In this document: in pieces, positions 1 to 7,868 of the stretch
Numbering within the stretch: position 1 is the stretch's first letter
How the letters are laid out: each line of letters opens with the position of its first letter
From: an uncultured Chloroflexia bacterium
Lineage (GTDB): Bacteria > Chloroflexota > Ktedonobacteria > Ktedonobacterales > JADMIN01
Length of the DNA: 17,093 bases
Assembly: GCA_963718915.1 (NCBI GenBank)
Contig: CAVRAI010000016.1
Coordinates: 1 to 17,093 of the forward strand
Reading direction: 5' to 3'
The notes under the pieces: generated by a model
Database searches by the model: none
The model's input: only the letters and a program-made list of their open reading frames with translations
Told to the model about the DNA's origin: nothing
Translations under genes and position numbers: made by a program

Positions 1-91
1 CTATAATTCGCGTAGGCCAGCGTCGTCAAGACATCGACAGCGCCGTCCCTGGACGGATATCAACCGAATGGCGTACCATTGCCTGACAACG

Positions 92-100
92 TGGTACAAT
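92..100 (+). promoter_or_regulatory. Possible extended -10 promoter element (TGgTACAAT) upstream of the pyrE-like gene
   Basis: TGnTACAAT motif about 135 nt upstream of the ATG at 237. There is no convincing -35. The same TGnTACAAT form occurs upstream of tatA (10275-10283). Confidence 0.3.
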
Positions 101-236
101 GCGGGCGGAAAGTTCTCCTGGCGCTCGCTGTACTCCACTCGACGATGCCGTCGGACAGTGCTGTGCATTGCCGCATGCGCATGGGTGTTCGCTTGCCAGC
201 GCGGATGAAATGGACAGGATTTCCGGAGGGTTGAGC

Positions 237-902
237 ATGAACAGAAATCAGGCGCTGGATAACCTGTGGCTGGCACGCGCATTGTACGACCTTGGCGCTG
301 TCTCGTTCGGCGATTTCACCCTGGGCGACAGCACCACTAACTCACCCGTCTTTATCAATCCCAAGCTGCTCATTAGCAATCCAATGGCGCTTCGGGTCGC
401 GGTCAAACTGATGCACCAGGAGGTCACGCTGGCGCAATCGTTGCGGCGCGCGCGGGTACATCCCTACGATGTCGTCGCTGGTGTGCCGGTTGGTGGCTTG
501 CTGCTCGCTACGGCGTTCTCGCTGGAATCATCGGTTCCACTGATTTATCCGCGTCTCAAGCCCGAAGGCACCGGCCCGCGCGGCATCGAGGGGCGCTTCC
601 AGCCGGGAGCGCGCGCGCTGCTGATTGACGACCTGATTACCGGCGGCAGGAATATTCTGGAGACAGCGCAATTTCTTCAAGAACACGATATTGTCGTCCA
701 CGACGCGCTGGTGCTGATCGACCGCGACATGGGCGCTCATGCGCGACTGAAGGCGCAGAGCATCAATCTCATCAGCATCCTCAAGCTGGAGGTGATGATG
801 AAATTCTACTCCTCACAGGGGCTGATCGACCCAGACGACTACCAGCGCTACGTCGACTACGCGCAACTCAACGCCCCCTCGCGCGCGCCGAGTGCTGAGT
901 AG
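237..902 (+). CDS. pyrE: Orotate phosphoribosyltransferase (type I PRTase, UMP-synthase-like OPRT domain)
   Basis: PRPP-binding loop ALLIDDLITGGRNILE. The N-terminal pattern LYDLGAVSFGDFTLGDSTTNSPVFINPKLL and the segment VAGVPVGGLLLATAF..PLIYPR resemble, from memory, the OPRT half of UMP synthase. The ORF track opens at 99, but the ATG at 237 is preceded by GGAGGG (224-229) at good spacing, and the 46 aa upstream are Cys/His/Ala-rich and do not look like protein. Confidence 0.8.
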   Translation: MNRNQALDNLWLARALYDLGAVSFGDFTLGDSTTNSPVFINPKLLISNPMALRVAVKLMHQEVTLAQSLRRARVHPYDVVAGVPVGGLLLATAFSLESSVPLIYPRLKPEGTGPRGIEGRFQPGARALLIDDLITGGRNILETAQFLQEHDIVVHDALVLIDRDMGAHARLKAQSINLISILKLEVMMKFYSSQGLIDPDDYQRYVDYAQLNAPSRAPSAE

Positions 903-908
903 GAGGAC

Positions 909-966
909 TGACCTCATTCCCAGCCCCCCTCTCCGCGAAGGAGAAGGGGAACCAGAGTCGCAGGTG
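909..966 (+). repeat. C-tract/G-tract hairpin element, copy A (stem-loop 926-949)
   Basis: GACCTCA..CCCCTCTCC gcgaa GGAGAAGGGG AACCAGAGT. It sits between the convergent pyrE and SPFH genes and starts 7 nt after the pyrE stop. It is related to the copies at 11485, 12612 and 16843. Confidence 0.7.
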
Positions 967-980
967 TCGCCGACCCTCAC

Positions 981-1910
981 TTACTGCTGAATATCAGGAT
1001 CGAGGGTGCGCGGCGCCTGAGGCAGCGGCGTGGTTGGTGGCTGTGGTTGCCCAAACGGCTCGGAGATCGCCGGTGGCGGCGTGCCCGAAGTCGGTGCGGA
1101 AGCTGGTTTCGCTGGAGGATTGCCGTTGGGTGCGATCCGATGGGATGCCGCCGTTAGTAACTCGCGTAGCGGCTCGATGAGATCAATGGGCAGGGGGAAA
1201 ATGATCGTTGAATTCTTTTCCACCGCGATCTCGGTCAGCGTCTGCAGATAGCGCAACTGGAGCGCCGCAGGCTCGGTCGAGATCAGATGGGCCGCATCGG
1301 CGAGCGTCTGCGCCGCCTGGAATTCGCCCTGCGCCAGCAGCACTTTGGCCCGCTTCTCGCGCTCGGCTTCCGCCTGTTTCGCCATCGCGCGCTGCATCGT
1401 CTGTGGCAGCTCGACGTCTTTCAACTCGACGGTGGTCACTTTAATGCCCCAACGCTCGGTATGCTCATCGATGATCTGCTGCACCGCGCGATTGATTTCC
1501 TCGCGGTTGGCCAACAGTTGATCCAGTTCTGACTGACCCATTACGTTGCGCAGCGTCGTCTGGGCAATCTGCACCGTCGCGCGGTAGTAGTCCAGCACGT
1601 TATTGACGGCGTCGTTGGGAGTGACCACGTAGAAGTAAACGACCGCGCTCACCCGCACCGTCACATTATCGCGGGTGACGCCCTCTTGCGGCGGTAGCTC
1701 GATGGTGACGATACGCAGGTCAATCTTGCGCATTGTGCTGATGAACGGCGGCACCCAGAAGACTCCTGGCCCTTTCGCGCCACGCAGACGTCCGAGCACA
1801 AAGATGACACCGCGCTCGTACTGATTCACCACGCGCAGCCCCGCCAGAAGGAACAGCAGGAGCAAAACCACAATGATAGCGCCCGCTACACTTAATGTAA
1901 CTGGATCCAC
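981..1910 (-). CDS. SPFH/band-7 (stomatin/slipin-like) membrane protein with a Pro-rich C-terminal tail
   Basis: N-terminal TM helix (AGAIIVVLLLLFLLAGL) followed by typical SPFH sequence (VVNQYERGVIFVLGR..., ..IKVTTVELKDVELPQTMQRAMAKQAEAEREKRAKV..). GTG start at 1910 with GAGGGGA upstream. It lies 33 nt downstream of nfeD, the classic operon pairing. Confidence 0.9.
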   Translation of the reverse strand: MDPVTLSVAGAIIVVLLLLFLLAGLRVVNQYERGVIFVLGRLRGAKGPGVFWVPPFISTMRKIDLRIVTIELPPQEGVTRDNVTVRVSAVVYFYVVTPNDAVNNVLDYYRATVQIAQTTLRNVMGQSELDQLLANREEINRAVQQIIDEHTERWGIKVTTVELKDVELPQTMQRAMAKQAEAEREKRAKVLLAQGEFQAAQTLADAAHLISTEPAALQLRYLQTLTEIAVEKNSTIIFPLPIDLIEPLRELLTAASHRIAPNGNPPAKPASAPTSGTPPPAISEPFGQPQPPTTPLPQAPRTLDPDIQQ

Positions 1911-1943
1911 CTCGTCCCCTCGTTTCTGTTATCACGTCCGCCG

Positions 1944-3347
1944 TTACTTATGACGACGTGACACTCCCACCACATCCGAAGTTGGCTCAACCAGGACTTT
2001 TAGTCCCTCCACGCGCACCACCCGAACCGACGCGCCCGCCTCGATGGGCGGCGCATCAACCTGCGTCAGACGAGCGCTCCAATCCTCTCCCATGACACGC
2101 ACGCGGCCCTCTGGCGCTAGCGATGTTAGCACCGTCGCCTGCTGGCCAACCAGTCCCGCGCTGCCAGTGCGCACCGGCCAGCGCTGCGAGCGGATCACGA
2201 ATTGCAGTACGATGAGCGCGATCAGGCCGACGCCAATTACCACCCCGCCGATGATCACTGGACTGAGTGGTTGCGAGCCCCGGTCCACACCAGTGTCAAA
2301 GAAGATAAACGAGCCGAGCGCCAGGCTGACCAATGCCCCTATCGAGAGGACGCCATGAGTCGGCACGCGCACGTCTATCCCCAGCAGCACAATCGCCAGC
2401 AGCATCAGCGCCAGCCCCGCCCAGTTGGGGTCGAGCGTTCCAGCGCCCAGCAGGAAAAGCACCAGCGCAATCGCGCCGATGGTTCCCGGCACGATAGCTC
2501 CGGGATGCGCCAGTTCGAGGTAGATACAGACCGCCGCGACGATGAAAACCAGGAAGAGCACGGTGGGATCGAGGAAAAACGCCTGCACCTGATCGGCGAA
2601 TGTCGGCTCCAGCACCGTCACTGGCAGCCCCACGACCTGCAGCAAGACAGTCTTGCCGCTGAACATCACCACCGATGTGTCGTCGAGTTGGCTGAGCAGA
2701 TCATCGCGGGAGGTGGCGCGGAGGTTGATCAGGCCGTTATCGAGCGCCTCCTCGTCGGTGAAAGAGGCGGCATTAGTCACCGTCTGCTCCGCCGGGGCTA
2801 TCGTGCGATGATATGCCTTCTGCACCGAACGCACCATCGCCAGCAGGTCATTCTTGACCTTGGCATCCAGTGTTGAGGGCAGGTTATCGCCCGCGCTATC
2901 CACCGGGCTGGCCGCGCCAATACGGGTGCCGGGCGCCATCGCGATAATCGGTGCGGAGTAGGCGATCAGCGCGCCCGCCGAGGCCGCTCTCCCGCCTGCG
3001 GGGGTAACGTAGACCGCGACGGGCACCGGACTGGCCAGAATCGCCTGCGAAATAGCCTTCATGGAGTCAAGATCGCCGCCGGGCGTATCCATCTCGATGA
3101 TGAGCAGCGCCGCCCCATCGTCATGCGCCGTCTGTATCGCGCCAGTCAAGAAGCGCGCCGACGCGGTATCTACCTCCTGATCGAAGGAGACCACATCGAC
3201 GTGAGGGCTATTGGCGAGCGCCGTGGGCGCGCCACCAACCAGAGCCGCCACCGCCAGCGCCGCAGCGCAGACGCCAATCAGCGTCAGCGACAGCGCGATG
3301 CCGCCAACGATCCATCCGCTTCGCGCAGAGAAGGATGCCACGCGCAT
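1944..3347 (-). CDS. nfeD: Long-form NfeD family membrane protease (ClpP-class serine protease domain, multi-TM region, C-terminal OB-fold NfeD domain)
   Basis: Signal/TM-like N-terminus MRVASFSARSGWIVGGIALSLTLIGVCAAALAVAAL, protease motif GGRAASAGALIAY, several TM helices, and a C-terminal GLVGQQATVLTSLAPEGRVRVMGEDWSARL..VRVVRVEGLKVLVEP. The start at 3347 is chosen because AAGGAGG lies just upstream. The ORF track extends to 3620, but that extension lies upstream of the predicted promoter. Confidence 0.85.
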   Translation of the reverse strand: MRVASFSARSGWIVGGIALSLTLIGVCAAALAVAALVGGAPTALANSPHVDVVSFDQEVDTASARFLTGAIQTAHDDGAALLIIEMDTPGGDLDSMKAISQAILASPVPVAVYVTPAGGRAASAGALIAYSAPIIAMAPGTRIGAASPVDSAGDNLPSTLDAKVKNDLLAMVRSVQKAYHRTIAPAEQTVTNAASFTDEEALDNGLINLRATSRDDLLSQLDDTSVVMFSGKTVLLQVVGLPVTVLEPTFADQVQAFFLDPTVLFLVFIVAAVCIYLELAHPGAIVPGTIGAIALVLFLLGAGTLDPNWAGLALMLLAIVLLGIDVRVPTHGVLSIGALVSLALGSFIFFDTGVDRGSQPLSPVIIGGVVIGVGLIALIVLQFVIRSQRWPVRTGSAGLVGQQATVLTSLAPEGRVRVMGEDWSARLTQVDAPPIEAGASVRVVRVEGLKVLVEPTSDVVGVSRRHK

Positions 3348-3429
3348 AGGAAGCCTCCTTACCCAAAACCAGCCGCTCTGCCTTCTCCGCCACATTCCAT
3401 AACACATCTCTGCTGGTGGCGCTAGCCTG

Positions 3430-3458
3430 AATATAGACCTACCGTTACATGCCGTCAA
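3430..3458 (-). promoter_or_regulatory. Sigma70-type promoter for the nfeD-SPFH operon (-35 TTGACG, 17-nt spacer, -10 TATATT on the minus strand)
   Basis: The minus strand reads TTGACG gcatgtaacggtaggtc TATATT. It lies about 80 nt upstream of the nfeD ATG, inside a visibly AT-richer 400-bp spacer. Confidence 0.5.
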
Positions 3459-3754
3459 GCGGCGAAACATTCGGCCACAATGCGCGAGTAACACGAGCAT
3501 GAACACGCCAATTGTTGCCGGGTTCATAATCTCGGCGCGTATCACTTCCTTATATGTTGAATCCAGCAACCAGCAAAGATACCCATAGGTATCGCTCGGA
3601 GTAACCAGTGTCATAAGCAAGGACGCTTCTCAGCTGCGCAAATTACTGGTCGTGTGCATAGCATGCGTCGAGATGTCGACACTCTTCGATACGCTCGCCG
3701 AAAAAATGGAACGGCCAGAACCGCACGGCCCCTCGCTGTTGAGTCAGATCCCGT

Positions 3755-5695
3755 TCAGCAAGTCGTGTCGATATCCAGCGCGTTGGCATCGCTGGCGGAA
3801 TGGTCTACGCTCAAGCGTTTGTAGCGGTTGAAATCGGCGACGATCCGTTCGGCGATGTCGCGGCTCTGGTGAAACCCTGGACGAATCTGGACGGTATAGG
3901 GCTTGCTCGACCCGATCCCGCTATTGGCAAGCGTGATGCCGCTGAAGGCGTCAGACGCCGTGATCGTCACCGTGCTCAGCGAGTCGTAGGGATGCTCAGA
4001 CAGACGTGCGGAGTTAAAAAAGATGATATAGCCTTCCGGCACTGTGATGATAGTGTCTGGATAGCGTAACCGGCGGCGCGTAAAGAGCAGGTTCGGCACG
4101 CCGATACCAAACAGCAGCACGCTGGCAATGAAGAGGGGATAGAGATTGCCAATCGCCAGCGCGAACAGAACGCCAAACGCCGCAACCGCCAGCAGAATAA
4201 TCGTCGAATAGATGAAACGCGCTGGCAGACTCGCCCGGTAGACGGCGCCATCGGGCGGAGTTATCCCACGAAGCGCCTGCGCCATGACCAGCGTGGAGCT
4301 CCGCGGCAGCCGTCCGCCGGGCAGCGCGCCGAAGGTCGCCGCTGGATGCGCGCCCGCCTGATCGAGCGCCTCGGCCAGGTTCAGGACGCCAAGCAAGAGG
4401 TTGTCGCGGAGGTCGCTACGCGGGCACTGGCGAAGCTCGGACGAAGGCTGGCGGGTCGTGCGAATCTTGGCGACGAGTACCGGCTTGCCAGCTTTCAGTG
4501 CGTGCTGATATTCGTTCCTGACGGCCGCCGACCGGAGCGCAGCTGGCGAGAGCGCGACGACCAGCGCGGCGCATTGATCAATCGCCTGGCCCACCTGCGC
4601 CGACCAGGCCTGCCCGGCCCGCAGATTGCTTCGATCCACCCAGACGTTGTACCCCGCCTGCTGCAGGCTCAGCTCAAGCCGGTCAATGATGCTGGCGTCT
4701 TTGCGCGAGTAGCTGATAAAGAGCAGGGGGGCCGCCGCAACCGTGGGCGCCAGGCCTGGTTCTCCAGATAGATAGCGCGCGACGTATGCCTGGTATTGTG
4801 CGAGCGCCTGCTGCCCCAGAATGCCCTCGCCCGGAAACTTGCTCAGCGTCATTGCAACGAATGGTCGCCCGTTTCTGGGGTCCACCTTCAGACGCACGTC
4901 ACTCGTGCGCGCCTGCGCAATCGGGATGTCTGTGGTCGCGTCGCGGAACGCCGCCGAGACTGCCCCGCCCGTTTTGGTCGTCACGATAAAGCCATCCGGC
5001 GTCAATATCACCATCGGACTGTTCTTCAGCGAACGGAGCGCGGTGGGGCTGTATTTGATATAGAGCTGATAGATGATGTACAGGGCTGGCGCCACGACGA
5101 GCAAATTTCGGCCTGTGGCAAAGTACGTCAGAATGGTAAGCACGACGGTGATCGTCGCCCCATAGATCGTCCAGCGCGAAAGCCGCCGACCGGCGCGAAC
5201 CGGAAGCCGACTCACATACCATGCCGGAGGCGTGATGCCGGAACGCGCGCGCGCCAGCACAACCTCGGCATCAAGATCAGGTGGCGTCGCAATGGGGTAA
5301 CGGGCGATACCCAGCGTATCGAGTGCGATCAGCAGCGCCGCCCAGCCCGCCTGCTCGCCCGCGGAAAAGTCAATCGCCTGGAGATGGCTCACATCGGCAG
5401 GCAGATCGTTAGCCGACGAGACAATCACTGGAATGACCTGCTGGTTGTGGGCCAGCGCATACTGATAATCCGCCGTCACCTCAGCGGAGCGCATGCTGGC
5501 GCGTGAAACGACGACAAGGACGACCTGGCAGGCATCGATATCGCGCTGTCTTTGATCGCGCGTCGCTGGCCCGCTCAGATCGCCGCCTTCGTGGATCGCC
5601 AAACCGCGTAATCGCAGGCGCTCGCACAGACTATCGACAAACGGGCGATCCTGGCCCGAGGCGCTCAGATAGAGTTGCGGTGGACTGTTCAGCAT
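3755..5695 (-). CDS. Tandem-duplicated TIR-domain membrane protein: (TIR, 2 TM helices, small beta-rich PH-like domain) x2
   Basis: TIR_2-like signatures occur twice: LYLSASGQDRPF...VVLVVVSRASMRSAEVTADYQYAL and LFISYSRKDASIIDRLE...ALVVALSPAALRSAAVRNEYQHAL. Each is followed by GITPP...LPxR, two hydrophobic helices and an ~85-aa beta-rich segment ending in a helix. The maximal ORF starts at 5737. I prefer the ATG at 5695 (MLNSPP...) because AAGAGG lies 9 nt upstream. Confidence 0.8.
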   Translation of the reverse strand: MLNSPPQLYLSASGQDRPFVDSLCERLRLRGLAIHEGGDLSGPATRDQRQRDIDACQVVLVVVSRASMRSAEVTADYQYALAHNQQVIPVIVSSANDLPADVSHLQAIDFSAGEQAGWAALLIALDTLGIARYPIATPPDLDAEVVLARARSGITPPAWYVSRLPVRAGRRLSRWTIYGATITVVLTILTYFATGRNLLVVAPALYIIYQLYIKYSPTALRSLKNSPMVILTPDGFIVTTKTGGAVSAAFRDATTDIPIAQARTSDVRLKVDPRNGRPFVAMTLSKFPGEGILGQQALAQYQAYVARYLSGEPGLAPTVAAAPLLFISYSRKDASIIDRLELSLQQAGYNVWVDRSNLRAGQAWSAQVGQAIDQCAALVVALSPAALRSAAVRNEYQHALKAGKPVLVAKIRTTRQPSSELRQCPRSDLRDNLLLGVLNLAEALDQAGAHPAATFGALPGGRLPRSSTLVMAQALRGITPPDGAVYRASLPARFIYSTIILLAVAAFGVLFALAIGNLYPLFIASVLLFGIGVPNLLFTRRRLRYPDTIITVPEGYIIFFNSARLSEHPYDSLSTVTITASDAFSGITLANSGIGSSKPYTVQIRPGFHQSRDIAERIVADFNRYKRLSVDHSASDANALDIDTTC

Positions 5696-6009
5696 CGGTG
5701 GCATCCTCTTTAACACCTGATGGCGAGACGACGGCAAAGGCCCGGCGATTATCTCTATTGTAACCGATAGCTACCAGGCGTGCCCCACATGACCGTGGGA
5801 TCGTTGCGCTGGATTGCATCATGGCACGGTCGATTCGCCTGAAATGACGCTGGCGGATCGGATGGGCTTACAGTCGGCGTAGGCAGCGCCGCGTGGCCCG
5901 CTGTATACTGTTGTAGGCGTGAACTGTCTGCAACAGCGTGGCCCACGGAGACCACCGCTCACTGGCGAGCGGGGCTGAGGCTGCGCTTGAATAGTCCGAG
6001 GAGGACGGC

Positions 6010-7440
6010 GTGGCTACAGGACAAACAGAGTTCGACGTGCTGGTGATCGGCACGGGCGTCGGCGGCTATCCGGCGGCGATTCGCGCGGCGCAACTGGGCG
6101 CGCGCGTGGGCATCGTCGAGAAGCAGTACATCGGCGGCACCTGCCTCAACGTCGGCTGCATCCCATCGAAGGCGCTGCTACACGTCGCCCATCTCTACGC
6201 GACATTTGACGAGATGGGTCAGATGGGCATCGTGGCGAGCAAACCCACAATCGACATGGGCGTTGCGGTCGCCTATAAAGAGAAGGTTGTCAAGCAGTTG
6301 ACTGGTGGAGTTGGCCAACTGCTCAAGGCCAACGGCGTCACCATCTTCGAGGGGACGGCTGAGATGCAATCGCCGACGCAGGTGCGTGTCACCCTCAAGG
6401 ATGGCTCAGTCCAGGATCTGCGCACCAACAAGCTCATTCTGGCCAACGGCTCGAAGGTGGCCCGCCCGCCGTTCCCCGGCATCGACGGGCGCAATGTCAT
6501 CTTCAGCGATGATGCGTTGACCCTGTCGTCGGTGCCATCCAGCCTTGTTTGCATCGGCGGGGGTGTCATCGCCGTCGAGCTGGCGTGCATGCTCAACGCC
6601 TTTGGTACCGAGGTGACCATCGTCGAGATGCTGCCCGCGATCATCGCCAATGAAGACGAGGAGACCAGGAATGCGCTGGCCCGGTCGCTGACGAAGCGCG
6701 GGGTGAAGATTGTCACCGGCGCGAAGGTCGAGTCTATCGAGGACGCCGATGGCAAGAAGCGCGTGACGGCGACGACGAGCGACGGCAAGGCGACTTTCGA
6801 TGGCGAGTATGTGCTGGTGGCAGTGGGCCGCCAGGCGAATCCGGTTGGGCTGGATGCGCTGGTGAAGGCTGGCCTGAAGATGGAACGCGGCTGCGTCGTG
6901 GCCAACGAGAAGATGGAGACGAATCTGCCAGGCGTCTATGCCGTCGGCGATCTGGTCGGGCGAACCTGGCTGGCGCACGTGGCGGAGACCGAGGGCGAGG
7001 TCGCGGGTGAGAACGCCACCGGCCATGAGGCGCAGATGGACTACAACGTCATCCCGCGCCCAATCTTCACCTTCCCGGAGATTGCCTCGGTCGGCCTGAC
7101 GGAGCAGCAGGCGCGCGAGCGCAACGCCAACATCAAGGTGGGCAAGTTCCCGTGGGCGGCCAATGGCAAGGCGCTGGCGTCGAACGAGGCCGAGGGCTTC
7201 ACCAAGGTCATCATCGGCGAGTATGGTGAGATTCTGGGCGCGACCATCTTCGGGCCGGACGCCACCAATCTGATTACGGAATACTCGCTGGCGATGCGCG
7301 CTGAACTGACAGTCGATGAGATCATGGCGACCGTCCATCCGCACCCGACCTACAGCGAGGCGCTCCGCGAAGCAGTGCTCGCCGCAGAGGGCCGCCCGAT
7401 CCACATCTACCAGCGGTCGGCTGCCGCCGCGCGCCGGTAA
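6010..7440 (+). CDS. lpdA: Dihydrolipoyl dehydrogenase (E3 component)
   Basis: FAD-binding DVLVIGTGVGGYPAAIRAAQLG, redox-active disulfide GGTCLNVGCIPSK, NAD-binding CIGGGVIAVELA, and C-terminal HPHPTYSEA. GTG start with GAGGAGGA upstream. Confidence 0.92.
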   Translation: MATGQTEFDVLVIGTGVGGYPAAIRAAQLGARVGIVEKQYIGGTCLNVGCIPSKALLHVAHLYATFDEMGQMGIVASKPTIDMGVAVAYKEKVVKQLTGGVGQLLKANGVTIFEGTAEMQSPTQVRVTLKDGSVQDLRTNKLILANGSKVARPPFPGIDGRNVIFSDDALTLSSVPSSLVCIGGGVIAVELACMLNAFGTEVTIVEMLPAIIANEDEETRNALARSLTKRGVKIVTGAKVESIEDADGKKRVTATTSDGKATFDGEYVLVAVGRQANPVGLDALVKAGLKMERGCVVANEKMETNLPGVYAVGDLVGRTWLAHVAETEGEVAGENATGHEAQMDYNVIPRPIFTFPEIASVGLTEQQARERNANIKVGKFPWAANGKALASNEAEGFTKVIIGEYGEILGATIFGPDATNLITEYSLAMRAELTVDEIMATVHPHPTYSEALREAVLAAEGRPIHIYQRSAAAARR

Positions 7441-7466
7441 AGACGGCTGGCGGCTAATGTACTTTT
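7423..7466 (+). terminator. Possible weak intrinsic terminator after lpdA
   Basis: Imperfect GC hairpin GCCGCC..GCCG gtaaaga CGGC.GGCGGC (7423-7454) overlapping the stop codon, followed by taatgtaCTTTT. The T run is short and offset. Confidence 0.3.
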
Positions 7467-7504
7467 AGAAATTGCGACGGACACGGGCATTGCGGTGGGG
7501 TGAG

Positions 7505-7696
7505 CAGGCCGGAGCCGATGAAGGCCCCGGCGCATGGGCCTGGGAGGCGGGAAATTCGCCGTAGCATTGATGCTACGGTCCGCCTCGCCTCCCACAACGT
7601 AAGGTGTTCGGAAGAATAAGTAAAAGCACATTATGCTACGGCCTGCCTCGCCCACAACGACGTGCGGTGTTCGGCGTAAATAGTAAAACCACATAA
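7505..7696. repeat. Modular intergenic repeat, locus 1: GCCGGGGCC hairpin module (inverted), CCGTAGC hairpin (7546-7584), and two tandem 63-bp units (7572-7634, 7635-7696)
   Basis: GGCGGGAAATTCGCCGTAGCattgatGCTACGGTCCGCC and the flanking GCCGGGGCCTTCA..GGCTCCGG recur inverted at 13543-13633. The unit ..CGCC.CACAACG...GTGTTCGG..TAA.TA.TAAAA.CACAT.A.GC recurs at 13625-13685. Confidence 0.7.
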
Positions 7697-7868
7697 GCCG
7701 CGCCTAAGAGCCTCATTCCTTTCGGCCGCCAAGGCCGCCTGCGCGGCCTCCCTGACTCGGAACTCTAATCTGGAGCCTGCGTAGGCAGGCTTCGCGGCGG
7801 AGCGGAGCGAGGCCCGTAGTCGCGCGTTCACGCGCCAGGCATCTGCCAGCATTGGCGTGTTAGCAACG

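Noticed and set aside
99-236. 46-codon N-terminal extension of the pyrE-like ORF
   Set aside because: GGAGGG precedes the ATG at 237. The extension is rich in Cys, His and Ala and has no similarity to PRTase N-termini.
3348-3620. 91-codon in-frame N-terminal extension of nfeD in the ORF track (MLMTLVTPSD...)
   Set aside because: A strong AAGGAGG RBS and a signal/TM-like N-terminus begin at the ATG at 3347. The predicted TTGACG-17-TATATT promoter (3430-3458) lies inside the extension. The extension sequence itself does not look like protein (Cys/Trp/Arg-rich).
3621-3754. Intrinsic terminator downstream of the TIR gene (minus strand GGCCGUGCGGUUCUGGCC..CAUUUUUUC)
   Set aside because: The only stem I can draw is 4 bp (GGCC/GGCC) with a 10-nt loop, and the U run is offset. 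This is too weak to call.
3755-5737. Calling the TIR gene a Thoeris (ThsB) or CBASS component
   Set aside because: No ThsA-like (SIR2/Macro-SLOG), cyclase or other partner gene is adjacent. The neighbours are lpdA and nfeD/SPFH, so assigning it to a known system is not supported.
7407-7694. ORFs 7407-7694 (-) and 13469-13660 (+) sharing the peptide ADRS[IV]NATANFPP
   Set aside because: The shared peptide comes from the H-hairpin DNA repeat. The similarity is at nucleotide level with indels and internal tandem units, and neither ORF has an RBS.
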